The position numbers were made by a program, and so were the translations under genes. Under the pieces are notes generated by a model. That model saw nothing but the letters and a program-made list of their open reading frames with translations. It was not told where the DNA came from and did not search any database. 42,330 nt of DNA from a virus. Its lineage: Duplodnaviria; Caudoviricetes. The DNA is taken from the IMG/VR virus record IMGVR_UViG_3300031787_000267, positions 1-42,330 of that record, one strand, 5' to 3'. This document shows, piece by piece, positions 25,696 to 34,720 of this stretch. Position 1 is the first letter of the stretch. Every line of letters starts with the position of its first letter.

Positions 25696-27651
25696 CTATT
25701 TCTTGTTGAGCACGGAGATGCCGCGCAAAATCTGATCTTCGTCAGGCTCGATGCCTTTGTCTTTGAACGCTTTGATGACCTTGTCGCGATCGCCTGGGCG
25801 ACCCACACTGCGAACATCCTTAACCTGGAACAGGCGCTTGTTCTCGTAGCTGATGCTACCGTCACCAAACATGCCGCCCTTTTGCTGCATGCGCACCGGC
25901 ACTTCAAGCAGCAAGGTGTCGAAGATCTTTTCTTTTTCCTTGCGATCGATCGGCCGCGTGGCGCCTTTTTGCGTCGCGTAGATGATCTCCTCTGCCCGCT
26001 TCCACAGGTCACCCAGCAGCGCTTTGTCTTTGTCGCTGGGCTTGTCGACGTTGATGCCGGCCGACTTGGCGCGCTGGTAGAGCTGATCCTTGTCGATCGT
26101 GACTGTCTCGGCGTCTTTACCCAGGCGGCGCTTTTCCGTGATGGCCTTCATCACGTTGCCGCGACCCACGTCCGGCGTGAGCGCGACAATCTCGGCTTCA
26201 GTCATTACCGCTAGGCGAGCTGGATCTCGGGTGAGCTCGAAGTAGTTCGCGTCGCGGATTTCCTTGAGCTCTTCTTTTGATGCGGCGCTGGCGGTTGCCG
26301 GCTTGAGCTCGCTTTCGATCTGGTTGATCAGCGTGCGCTGGTCGGTGCCATCGAGCTCTTTGAACTCCTTCATCTGGCGCACAAAGCTCAAGCCCTTGCC
26401 GGTGTTGACTGCGTCCCAGATCTTCCCGCGGCGCTCAGTCTCGCGCTGTTTGGCACTGGTTTGCCACAGGTTAAATCGCTCCTTAAGCAGCTCAGTTGCC
26501 TGGCGCAGCTTGACCGGGTCCTTGGCAATGGTCGGGTCACCCTTTAAGCCATTGACCGCCGCCTCGATGTCAAATGCGCCCCGGTCGTCAGCAGGCTTGA
26601 ACTTCAGAAACGCAGTGCTGGCTGCGATCTGCACGGTCTGTCCATCGTCAGCTGCTTTGCGCTCGGCGACGCCTGCGTCCCATTCCTGCTTGCGATCGCG
26701 CACCATCTTCAGTGCTACATCACGCGCTGCTGGGTTGTCTTTGAACTTGGCGCGAATATCGTTGGACATCTTATCGATCTGGAACGCCTTGTTGTCGTCG
26801 TTCTGCGGACCGTTGGGACCGGCCACCAACTCGTCGACGAAGCTCGATACCTGCTCGTCGATGCCGATGACGTTTAGCGCTTTGATCGCCTGGCTGACAT
26901 CTTTGGCTTCCATGGCAGCGCGGTGTTCTTTGAAGTAAGCGTCAGCGGCCAGTGGCTTGTTCTCTTCCAGCAGGCGACCTACCACCACAGAATGCAGGTC
27001 GCTCACGTTCTTCATGAGCAGCGCGTTGGTGGCGTCTTTGCTCATGCCTTTTGCGTTTGCGTAGGATGTTGTTGATGCTTGGATGCGGTCCATCGAGATC
27101 AGCAGCGCATTCGGGTCATCGTAAAAGCGTGCGGCTTTTTCGAGCTCGGTTGCGACGGTGCCTTTGTATACATCTTCGCGGTAGACCTCGCCTTGCATCT
27201 GCTCGTGCCGACGCACTTGTGAATCAAAGTTTGCCCTCATGCGACCGGCTGCCACGCTAAACCGGGCGCGCTGATCATCGTTGCCCAGGCTCTTGCTGAT
27301 CTCCGCCACACGCGCGTCGTACTTGCCCAGGTACTCATCGGCCAGCGGCGGATTAGTGCCGCGATCAAATGCGTCCTTGCCCTTGACGGAGAACGCACCG
27401 CGCTCGGCGTTCGGGTTGGTCGGGTCGTTCTCGCCGTAGAGCAGCTTGTTGTCGTCCTTGTTCAGACGATTGACAGCATCCTCCACCCGTAGCGCGTCAG
27501 CCTCCTCGCGCGCCTTGGTGATGGCATTTATCAGATTGGCGACGCCACGCTCGACACCGGCGCCCGCATCGGGCATCACTGGGTTGATCGACGGGCTAGG
27601 CAGGTTGCCTGTGGTGGCTTGCGTCTGCTCGTATACAGGTATGCGTGGCAT
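25696..27651 (-). CDS. Internal virion (ejection) protein
   Basis: MPRIPVYEQ start overlapping the upstream stop; helical; middle core-protein position. Confidence 0.8.
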   Translation of the reverse strand: MPRIPVYEQTQATTGNLPSPSINPVMPDAGAGVERGVANLINAITKAREEADALRVEDAVNRLNKDDNKLLYGENDPTNPNAERGAFSVKGKDAFDRGTNPPLADEYLGKYDARVAEISKSLGNDDQRARFSVAAGRMRANFDSQVRRHEQMQGEVYREDVYKGTVATELEKAARFYDDPNALLISMDRIQASTTSYANAKGMSKDATNALLMKNVSDLHSVVVGRLLEENKPLAADAYFKEHRAAMEAKDVSQAIKALNVIGIDEQVSSFVDELVAGPNGPQNDDNKAFQIDKMSNDIRAKFKDNPAARDVALKMVRDRKQEWDAGVAERKAADDGQTVQIAASTAFLKFKPADDRGAFDIEAAVNGLKGDPTIAKDPVKLRQATELLKERFNLWQTSAKQRETERRGKIWDAVNTGKGLSFVRQMKEFKELDGTDQRTLINQIESELKPATASAASKEELKEIRDANYFELTRDPARLAVMTEAEIVALTPDVGRGNVMKAITEKRRLGKDAETVTIDKDQLYQRAKSAGINVDKPSDKDKALLGDLWKRAEEIIYATQKGATRPIDRKEKEKIFDTLLLEVPVRMQQKGGMFGDGSISYENKRLFQVKDVRSVGRPGDRDKVIKAFKDKGIEPDEDQILRGISVLNKK

Positions 27652-28124
27652 CAGTCCTCCCACCATCCCTTCTTAACGCCGCGGGCGTAGACATTGCCAC
27701 CGCCGGTGAGCAGCGAACCCACCGCTTGACCTTGGTAAGCGCGCGCACGGGCTTCGCCTTCAAACTGCTGCGCTTCGCCTTGCGTGCGATAGCCCCACGC
27801 GGCGCGCATGGCGTTGTTGCGAATCGTGAGCGCATCGCGCTCACCCATTTGCGCGGACTGCACCAGCACATCACCAAAAGATCCACTCGCCACTTCGACG
27901 CCCGAGGCGCCCATCGCGGCGCGCTGCGATCCCATGAACTGGCGCACCTTCTCGCGCTGCTTTTGCTCTTCGACGGCGCCGCGATCTAATGTGTCCTTCG
28001 CCTGGTAGTCGCTTACCTGCTTGTTGTAAGCAGCCAGGTTGCGCGCATCCTGGGCTTGCTGCATGCTGGCCGAGGCACTCATCACAGTACCGGCCACCGA
28101 CAATGCGGTCATGATGTCACACAT
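27651..28124 (-). CDS. Small internal virion protein (T7 gp14-like position)
   Basis: MCD start, hydrophobic N-terminus, QRAAMGASGV motif. Confidence 0.8.
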   Translation of the reverse strand: MCDIMTALSVAGTVMSASASMQQAQDARNLAAYNKQVSDYQAKDTLDRGAVEEQKQREKVRQFMGSQRAAMGASGVEVASGSFGDVLVQSAQMGERDALTIRNNAMRAAWGYRTQGEAQQFEGEARARAYQGQAVGSLLTGGGNVYARGVKKGWWED

Positions 28125-28590
28125 GATGGGCTCTCATTTCGAAACGGTGGAACGGCAAACCATCGGGGCCGTGCGGCTGCGCTTCCAAAATCGTAAAGCC
28201 CAACCACTTCAACCAACCAATCGCTCGCGTGTTGCGTGCATCCACAAAATTCACTAGATAATTGTACAGTTCGCTCATGCGTTCGACATAGGCTTTATTG
28301 CGTCGTAAAAAGGCTTTTGCATGACTGTCGATCTCTTGCGTGCCTATCATCCACGGCACACCGACCGAACCCAGTAGCGACGCTGGTGCCACACCAAAAA
28401 TGCACACCGGCCGATCGTCGACCGTGCCGGTCCAACTCAATGTCGAACAAGCGATCCCGCGCCGTAAAGCGTAGGCCGGGCTCACGCGATTCGCTGCCCA
28501 TAGCTCGTCGATGTCTGCTTGGCGAATGATGGACAGCATGGGCTCGACATGCTCAAGCCGCGCTGGGATAACGGCGTACTCATGCCCCAC
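28117..28590 (-). CDS. GNAT-fold protein (T7 gp13-like)
   Basis: IRQADIDEL, CIFGV, GVPWMIGT and NFVDARNTRAIGWLKWLGF motifs. Confidence 0.85.
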   Translation of the reverse strand: MGHEYAVIPARLEHVEPMLSIIRQADIDELWAANRVSPAYALRRGIACSTLSWTGTVDDRPVCIFGVAPASLLGSVGVPWMIGTQEIDSHAKAFLRRNKAYVERMSELYNYLVNFVDARNTRAIGWLKWLGFTILEAQPHGPDGLPFHRFEMRAHHV

Positions 28591-31006
28591 CGACGCTCAC
28601 CTCTGGAATAGCCGCCAGAATTGACAGCGGCAACGGGTCGGACTGACGCACAAACACGCGCCCTTGCTTGCTCCAGGTCGCACCAATCAAGATGTCGGCA
28701 ATACCGGTCAACAGCGACACAGGATCGTCATAGCTCTCCTGCGCACGCTGCTTGTACTCCAGCAGGTTGTCTTGATCGCGCCCGGCAAAGAGCCCTCGCG
28801 ACTCTTCCAGCAACAAGCGCACGGCTTGCACGATCTTGTTCTTGTCGCGGATCGTCTCGCCTTGCGGTGCGCTGATGTCGAGCGTCTCGAAGTCGGCCTC
28901 GATCGGCAGGCCAATGTGCACCACGCCCGCTGCCTGGGCCAGCGTCACTGCGCCAGCAGACACCGTGGCCTGCGGCGCCACATGCCCGTCAGCCAAGATG
29001 CTGACCGTCTTGCCGTTTAAGTGGCTCAAACCAGAGAAGCTCTTGCGCGCATGCGTCCAGCTGGTCAACGCCGTGCTACGAAGCTCGGTGGCCACGTCAC
29101 GGTTGATAGTGACCGTGACTACAGTGCCGCTCGAGCGCGCTGTGATCAGCAAGCGCAAGACGCGCCCATCGTTGGCCGTTAAGTGAATCTCGCTACCAAT
29201 GTCACCCACCACAAAGTAGCTGGCGCTGGCCGTGAGCGTAAAGGTCGCCGCGCTGCCGTAGGTCCACACACCGCTCGAAGTCAGCGTCATGGTGGTGGCG
29301 CCGATATTGCGCCCGTCGTAGCTCAAGCCACTATCCACAAAAAACGCGTCCTTGATGTCGTTGATCAAGCGCGTTTGCATGCGCTCGACATAGCGCTTGG
29401 TCGTGCCACCGATGGTGCGCTTGACTGCAATGTAGAGCGCATCTTCATTGCCTTCGGAGATCACGCACACGCTCTCGACTTCACCGTCGGTGTCGTGCCG
29501 GTGCCAGCCAATGACCTGCTGCTCGCGCATGTAGGTCATCGAGAGCAGCGTGCCGTCATCGCGCACGCACCACAAGCAGGTAAATGGCACCTGCTGGTAA
29601 GCCCACTCTTTGATCTGATAACCCTGCACTAGGTGCGCTGCCAAGACGGTCAAGTCGTTGCCGGTGTACGAATCGCTGGCAAACTCATAGCCCAGATCAC
29701 GCACTGTTGAGCCTTTGTCTTGCAGATAGAGCGCGGTGTTGCCGATTACCTGCGGCGGCACAGTCGAGCTGCCGCGGTAGCCTTGCTGCTTGATGTTGAT
29801 CGATGATGGCGTGATGGTGTCATTCTCAGCACCCGACACAATCCATTCACCACCGGAGGTCAAGAGCACCAGCTTGTCTAAGGTCAGCATGTGTCGGATG
29901 GCGTTGACCTGGCGTGATGCCACGGTAAACGTCACCGCGTCGTCGTCCGCGATCGGGTTGCTCTTGCCAAAATCCACGTAGGCATTGGTGCGTGACATCC
30001 ACACGGTCTGCGGCTGCGCAGGCGTGTTGGCAAAACACAGGCGCTGCTGGTGGAAGGCCACGCTCGACGGATAGCCTTGGTTGCCGCCCCAGGCTTCGAG
30101 CGCCCACTTGTAGGTAGCGCCACCCGATCCAACTGCTGCATCGGGGATGCGCTGCATGACCGTGGCTGAGACGCTAGTGCCGCTAGAAAAGCCTGTGATT
30201 TCGGCCACACCAAAACCTGGGTGCAAGTAGGCCCAGGTCACCGCACCGTCGCTGGCCGTGTCTGACTCGTGCGTCGGGCGCGTGGATCCCGTGGTGGCAG
30301 CGTTGGTGGCTCGATAGTATTTGCCGTCAGAGCGGCGAATGTCGTTGACGGCTACGCTCTTGCCCGACTCCCAGGGAACGCCGAAATCCTTCTGCTCGAT
30401 GAAGATCAGCTGGCCCACATTGGCTGCACTAAAAATCGAGGTCGACGCAGTCAGCGTGACGTTGCCTGTGGCCGCACTGCTGTGCACCGTGGTCGTGGTG
30501 GTTATGTTCAGATCCTGGAACGGGCCCTTGATGTTGGCGAACTCGCTGATGGTCCAAGCATCGTGCGCTGTGCGGCTGATTTGCCGCGGCGCGTAGCTCG
30601 GGTGACACACGTACAAGATGTCGGCCGACTGCGTAAAGTTGAGCAGTGGCAGATCGGACTCGCTCCAGGGCGTTGCAATGCTCACCGGCGAGCCGGCCGA
30701 GCCGCCCGAGCTGTAGACCACTTGGCCGCCGTCCTTGTACACACGCATGGTCTGGTGGCCAAACTCGAGCACGTAGGTTTGCGTCGTGGAAAACGCGAAC
30801 GGGATCAACCGATGGCGCCGGCTGCTGCTGGCGACCTCGGCTAAGAACTTGGTGCCGGCACGATTCTTCACGCCACCGTAGGCCTGCACGATGAAATTGC
30901 GACAGGTTTTGAGACTCGTGCCGTAGCGTGCCAGGTCGACGCGACCGTACAGCGACGGCGAGAGCTCACCCCCCGTAAACGATGCTTGAATTAGGCTGCT
31001 GCCCAT
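28580..31006 (-). CDS. Tail tubular protein B (nozzle)
   Basis: SFTGGELSP..GRVD..Y..NF..GG, LIPF.FS, YP..V.FHQQRL and QSDPLPL motifs. Confidence 0.9.
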   Translation of the reverse strand: MGSSLIQASFTGGELSPSLYGRVDLARYGTSLKTCRNFIVQAYGGVKNRAGTKFLAEVASSSRRHRLIPFAFSTTQTYVLEFGHQTMRVYKDGGQVVYSSGGSAGSPVSIATPWSESDLPLLNFTQSADILYVCHPSYAPRQISRTAHDAWTISEFANIKGPFQDLNITTTTTVHSSAATGNVTLTASTSIFSAANVGQLIFIEQKDFGVPWESGKSVAVNDIRRSDGKYYRATNAATTGSTRPTHESDTASDGAVTWAYLHPGFGVAEITGFSSGTSVSATVMQRIPDAAVGSGGATYKWALEAWGGNQGYPSSVAFHQQRLCFANTPAQPQTVWMSRTNAYVDFGKSNPIADDDAVTFTVASRQVNAIRHMLTLDKLVLLTSGGEWIVSGAENDTITPSSINIKQQGYRGSSTVPPQVIGNTALYLQDKGSTVRDLGYEFASDSYTGNDLTVLAAHLVQGYQIKEWAYQQVPFTCLWCVRDDGTLLSMTYMREQQVIGWHRHDTDGEVESVCVISEGNEDALYIAVKRTIGGTTKRYVERMQTRLINDIKDAFFVDSGLSYDGRNIGATTMTLTSSGVWTYGSAATFTLTASASYFVVGDIGSEIHLTANDGRVLRLLITARSSGTVVTVTINRDVATELRSTALTSWTHARKSFSGLSHLNGKTVSILADGHVAPQATVSAGAVTLAQAAGVVHIGLPIEADFETLDISAPQGETIRDKNKIVQAVRLLLEESRGLFAGRDQDNLLEYKQRAQESYDDPVSLLTGIADILIGATWSKQGRVFVRQSDPLPLSILAAIPEVSVGGA

Positions 31007-31610
31007 CGAGCACTCCCCGTATTGCGACAAACTCCGAATCCGGCGCTGGCTGCTCCGTACTTTCCGTCATGTTGCTAGCTGCTGCTGCCGAGGACACCAG
31101 CGCGTACGCATCGCGCGCCTGCTTGGCTACCGCCGGCTGCACAGACAGCGGCATGGCAATCTCGGATGCGATCAGGTATGACAGCGCCGAGGTGAACATC
31201 GGATCAAAGATGGTCGGGTCCTCAATGCGCGTGGTGTAAATGAGCTCTGCTTGCGCCTGGTTGCTGAAGATCACGCGCTGGCCGTCGTAGTAACCCGTCT
31301 CAAACGGGATGCGCTGGTCGCTGCGCGGTGCGCGCAGGCCTGGCGGCACAATCGCACGCGCCTTCAAGCAGTCGCTCGGGTACACGTACATGTATTCCCA
31401 GTTGGTGGGCGCGTCACCCGCCTCGGATAGCGCCATGCGCTTGTTCGCAAAATTCCAAGGGTAGTCGCGCAGCGCGTAATCACGCATCTGGTCGTAGAAC
31501 AGCGCGCACACGCGTGCTTCGTTGCTCGCTTCAGACAGCGAAGAGATGAAGCTCGACACGCCAATGCGTGCCAAGGCCATGTTGCAGATCGAAATGACCG
31601 AGGCTGCCAT
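30966..31610 (-). CDS. Tail tubular protein A (adaptor)
   Basis: ICNMALARIG..RD..LR.YPWNFA..Y.YP.DCL..FDP.F..AL motifs. Confidence 0.88.
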   Translation of the reverse strand: MAASVISICNMALARIGVSSFISSLSEASNEARVCALFYDQMRDYALRDYPWNFANKRMALSEAGDAPTNWEYMYVYPSDCLKARAIVPPGLRAPRSDQRIPFETGYYDGQRVIFSNQAQAELIYTTRIEDPTIFDPMFTSALSYLIASEIAMPLSVQPAVAKQARDAYALVSSAAAASNMTESTEQPAPDSEFVAIRGVLDGQQPNSSIVYGG

Positions 31611-31613
31611 GCG

Positions 31614-31922
31614 TTAGCCCTGCCCGTACATCACTTGCGCAGGGTCCTTGCGCTCGCCGGGTGCAACCTCGAGATCGGTGATCTGGATCTCGACGCTTTG
31701 CGACTTGCCATCGCCTTGGGTTTCGTAGGCGCTGGTGCTCTTGACGTAGCCCTTGGCCATGATTTCCATCTTGGCGCCGACATCGGGCAGCGCAGTGATG
31801 CCGAGCTTCTCGAGCTCGTCCTTGCCCAGGTGCAGGCACAGGCCATAGGGATAGCTAGGCTCATCGGCTTCAACCATGCCGGGCTGCTCTTCTACCTCTG
31901 GCTTTGACTTCATGTCGACCAT
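31614..31922 (-). CDS. Capsid staple/cement protein (epsilon15 gp10-like)
   Basis: YPYGLCLHL..ELEKLG..LP.VG..VEIQITD; GGAG RBS before ATG 31922. Confidence 0.7.
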   Translation of the reverse strand: MVDMKSKPEVEEQPGMVEADEPSYPYGLCLHLGKDELEKLGITALPDVGAKMEIMAKGYVKSTSAYETQGDGKSQSVEIQITDLEVAPGERKDPAQVMYGQG

Positions 31923-31948
31923 GTCAGGCTCCGCAGTGAATTCGTGAT

Positions 31949-31966
31949 GCGGGGCAAAAGCCCCGC
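31949..31966. other. Intergenic GC-rich stem-loop without U-tract
   Basis: GCGGGGC-AAAA-GCCCCGC between capsid accessory genes; may be a weak terminator or mRNA stabiliser. Confidence 0.5.
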
Positions 31967-31972
31967 GGTGTT

Positions 31973-32191
31973 TCAGATGACTTCGCGCTCGCTCACAGGC
32001 TGATCGGCCTGCAGCTGGCTCAAGGCGATAGGCTCTTGCTTCTTTGCCTTCTGCCTTGGACGTTCGACAGGCGTGTCGTCGGCGACCACTTCCAGCCAAT
32101 GGCCGGTTGTACCGGCGGGCACCTCGAACACGGCGCCCGCACGACGACGCGCGCCGCCATAAAAGCCGTCAGTGATTGCTTTGACTTTCAT
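31973..32191 (-). CDS. Small head-region protein
   Basis: MKVKAITDGFYGG.RRR.G.VFEV..W; GGAG RBS. Confidence 0.75.
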   Translation of the reverse strand: MKVKAITDGFYGGARRRAGAVFEVPAGTTGHWLEVVADDTPVERPRQKAKKQEPIALSQLQADQPVSEREVI

Positions 32192-32206
32192 GTCGGTGCG
32201 CTCCTA

Positions 32207-32641
32207 TCAGATAGCGTCGTTGTATGCGCGCCAGTTGGCAGTGTCAGAAGTCAGGAAGGCGTTGATCTTGCCTGCCGTGAATGCTGCGGTGCCAGTGGTT
32301 TGCACGATGCCCAGATAGCGCTCGTAGGTGCCAGCTGGCACTTTGACGCGGAAGATCGTGGTGCCAGCGGTGAGGCTAGCCACAGCGATCGCCGGCGAGG
32401 TGACGACCTTGGTCGGCGAGGACAACGATGCGTTGTCGTCCGTTGCCAGCGAGATGGCCAAGGTAGCCGAGCCGCCCGAAGTGGCAGTGGTGTCAACCTG
32501 GACAACGAAGTCCAGATCGGCGCCGTTGCCGATGTCGCGTGCGACACCCAGGTCGATCACGTCGCCAATTACGTAGTCACCAGCTGCACCGGTGTTGAGT
32601 GCCGTGGCGTCGGCAAACTCATTGCGCTCGTCGAGAATCAT
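32207..32641 (-). CDS. Capsid cement protein (BPP-1 Bbp16-like)
   Basis: MILD..F..VIDLG..RDIG.G..RYL..TAGKINAFL; directly follows the major capsid gene. Confidence 0.82.
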   Translation of the reverse strand: MILDERNEFADATALNTGAAGDYVIGDVIDLGVARDIGNGADLDFVVQVDTTATSGGSATLAISLATDDNASLSSPTKVVTSPAIAVASLTAGTTIFRVKVPAGTYERYLGIVQTTGTAAFTAGKINAFLTSDTANWRAYNDAI

Positions 32642-32672
32642 GATGCGTTTCCTTTCAATTCAATGAGGCCGA

Positions 32673-33671
32673 TTAAATGCCGGACTCGGTGTTGGTGATA
32701 GCGTCGCAGCGACGGACCGGGATGCCGTCAAACATGGTGACGTGCTTGCCTGCCACCTGCTCGATGGTCAGGGTGGAAGCGGCCACCTTGTTGGCGATCT
32801 GGCGACGCAGGAACGAACGCAGCGTGCGGTTCATGTAGAACGCAGGGCGGCCCATGCTCAAGCTAGGGATCAATTCCACAGCTTGGGTCATCAGGTCGAC
32901 CAGGTCAGGGCCAGACGCGGCATTCTTGACCAGGTCTTCTTGGTCTAAGTTGATGCGCACGACATAGCGCCAGTCACGTACCGACAGACCGCAGTCCCAA
33001 CGATAGTGCGTGCGGTAGGCTTCCATGCGGCCGCCGCTGCCGTCCACGTTCTCGATGGTGACTTGGCCTTTGTCGTTCATGTCCAAGCCAGCCTTCGAGC
33101 CTTTCGGATAGATGCCGTGGACCGTGTTCGGGCCCCAGACTACCAACCAGATCGACGTGTTGTCGGTGCTGTCAGGCGTTGCTGCGCTGGTGATGATGTT
33201 GTCGCCGTTGGCTGCCGACTGGTCATTGAAGCGTGCACCAAAACCGGTGAATGCTTCAGGCTCGGTGGCTTCGTTGCCGTAGAACAGGGTCGATGCGAAC
33301 TCCTGGTTCATGCCCTCGATGTGCGCACGATCTTCCGACAAGCGGAACGATGCGGTGTTGCCATTGAGGTCAGCCAGTGCCTTGTCGACTTCGGCATACG
33401 CCTCGAGCATACCGGTCGCGTCAGTGACTTGAACGGTTGTGCTCTTGCCAGGCTGAACGCCGCCGTACAGTTTGCGCCACGTTGGAGTGGGCAAGCCGGT
33501 GCGGATCGTGGTGCGGTGGCCGGTAGGCAGGTTGCCCTCGAGCCAGACCATGTCGTCTAGGATTTCGTTGGTTTGATTGAGGATCTCAGCGATCGTGTCA
33601 ATCTTGCCCTGTGGGTCCAGACGCTTGGTCACGTCCAGCAGGGTTGGGTGGGTGGAAGCAAGAAGTGCCAT
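32673..33671 (-). CDS. Major capsid protein (epsilon15/BPP-1 type)
   Basis: PTLLD..IAEIL.QTNEIL.D..EGN.PTGH..RTGLP..WR; DWRYVVRI; F.GIPVRR.DAI.NTE. Confidence 0.93.
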   Translation of the reverse strand: MALLASTHPTLLDVTKRLDPQGKIDTIAEILNQTNEILDDMVWLEGNLPTGHRTTIRTGLPTPTWRKLYGGVQPGKSTTVQVTDATGMLEAYAEVDKALADLNGNTASFRLSEDRAHIEGMNQEFASTLFYGNEATEPEAFTGFGARFNDQSAANGDNIITSAATPDSTDNTSIWLVVWGPNTVHGIYPKGSKAGLDMNDKGQVTIENVDGSGGRMEAYRTHYRWDCGLSVRDWRYVVRINLDQEDLVKNAASGPDLVDLMTQAVELIPSLSMGRPAFYMNRTLRSFLRRQIANKVAASTLTIEQVAGKHVTMFDGIPVRRCDAITNTESGI

Positions 33672-33683
33672 TTAAATTTCCTT

Positions 33684-34355
33684 TCATTTCATGTTGGGGA
33701 ACAGACGCTTGCTCTGGTCGGATTCAGCGCCGCCGGCGTTACCGCCAACGTGCGTGTCCTCGGCCATCGCTTTGCCAATGCGCGCAAACACTCGCACAAG
33801 CTCCGGGTGGTTTCCCATGCCGTATGAGTCGAGCGCTGATTTGAGCTCCGGCGTGCCGAACTTGTTGATCGCGTTTTGAGCTTGCTTCACGCTGGGCGTG
33901 AAAGCGTCGCCACCGATCTCCTTGTCCGATTTCATGTCGGATACCCACTTTTCAATCGTCTGGTTCCAGCTCTCCTGCTGCTGCTGCACGGTTTTCTGCA
34001 TCCGGTTGGCATACAGGCTTGCCAGTTTCTGCGCCTGGTCGTTCGTCAGACTGAGCTCTCGCGCAATCGGATCAAACTCAGCCAGCGCTTCCTGATCAAG
34101 TGCCATGCCCTCGGGCAATTGAAACTCGTACTTTTCCGGTGGACCGTCGGGTTTGGCATCCTTGTTATCGGTCTGCTTATCACCCGTGTCACCGGTGCTT
34201 GCATCAGTGTTGTCACCAGACGCTTGATCTGGCTTTGCCTGTGCCGCGTCGCCCGTCGGCGGCGTGGTCAGTACAGAGCCAGCACCAGCTGCGTCGCCAC
34301 CTTGTGCCGTGTTTGCGGTGTTGTCCTGCACGGCGTTGGTATCTGCGTCAGCCAT
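33684..34355 (-). CDS. Capsid scaffolding protein
   Basis: Acidic low-complexity N-terminus, PEKYEF, GNHPELVRVF..IGK; directly before the major capsid gene. Confidence 0.82.
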   Translation of the reverse strand: MADADTNAVQDNTANTAQGGDAAGAGSVLTTPPTGDAAQAKPDQASGDNTDASTGDTGDKQTDNKDAKPDGPPEKYEFQLPEGMALDQEALAEFDPIARELSLTNDQAQKLASLYANRMQKTVQQQQESWNQTIEKWVSDMKSDKEIGGDAFTPSVKQAQNAINKFGTPELKSALDSYGMGNHPELVRVFARIGKAMAEDTHVGGNAGGAESDQSKRLFPNMK

Positions 34356-34671
34356 TGGTTCTTTCATCCTCTTTGGATTCGTTCATCATCACGACGTACT
34401 GGTCAGCAGAAGCTGCCATCACGTCACCTATGACCATGAGGCCCATGTTGCGCATGCCCTCATTGAAAAACGTGGTGCTGTTTCCGGTAAACGATGTGCG
34501 AAACACACCAGCCCGGTCGAGCAAACGCCACACAAACCGGCGTCCTTCACGGCTCGACATGATCTTCTTGATGTCGGCCAGTTCAATGTCGCGCAGGCGC
34601 TCATCCTTGCGCTTGCGGTCTTTAACCTGCGACTCTTCAGCCGCGTTGAAGGACTTGTCTTTGTCGCTCAT
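34348..34671 (-). CDS. Bbp19-like head-region protein
   Basis: D...MSS.EGRRFVWRLL..AGVF..F.EG.RN.GL pattern between portal and scaffold. Confidence 0.8.
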   Translation of the reverse strand: MSDKDKSFNAAEESQVKDRKRKDERLRDIELADIKKIMSSREGRRFVWRLLDRAGVFRTSFTGNSTTFFNEGMRNMGLMVIGDVMAASADQYVVMMNESKEDERTNG

Positions 34672-34706
34672 TTCTTCGGCGGCTTTTTGCCGTAACCTTT
34701 TTTCAT
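34668..34706 (-). CDS. 12-aa Lys-rich micro-ORF MKKGYGKKPPKK
   Basis: AGGAG RBS at 34713-34717, 6 nt before the ATG; stop overlaps the next start (ATGA). Confidence 0.55.
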   Translation of the reverse strand: MKKGYGKKPPKK

Positions 34707-34720
34707 GTCAGTCTCCTGGG

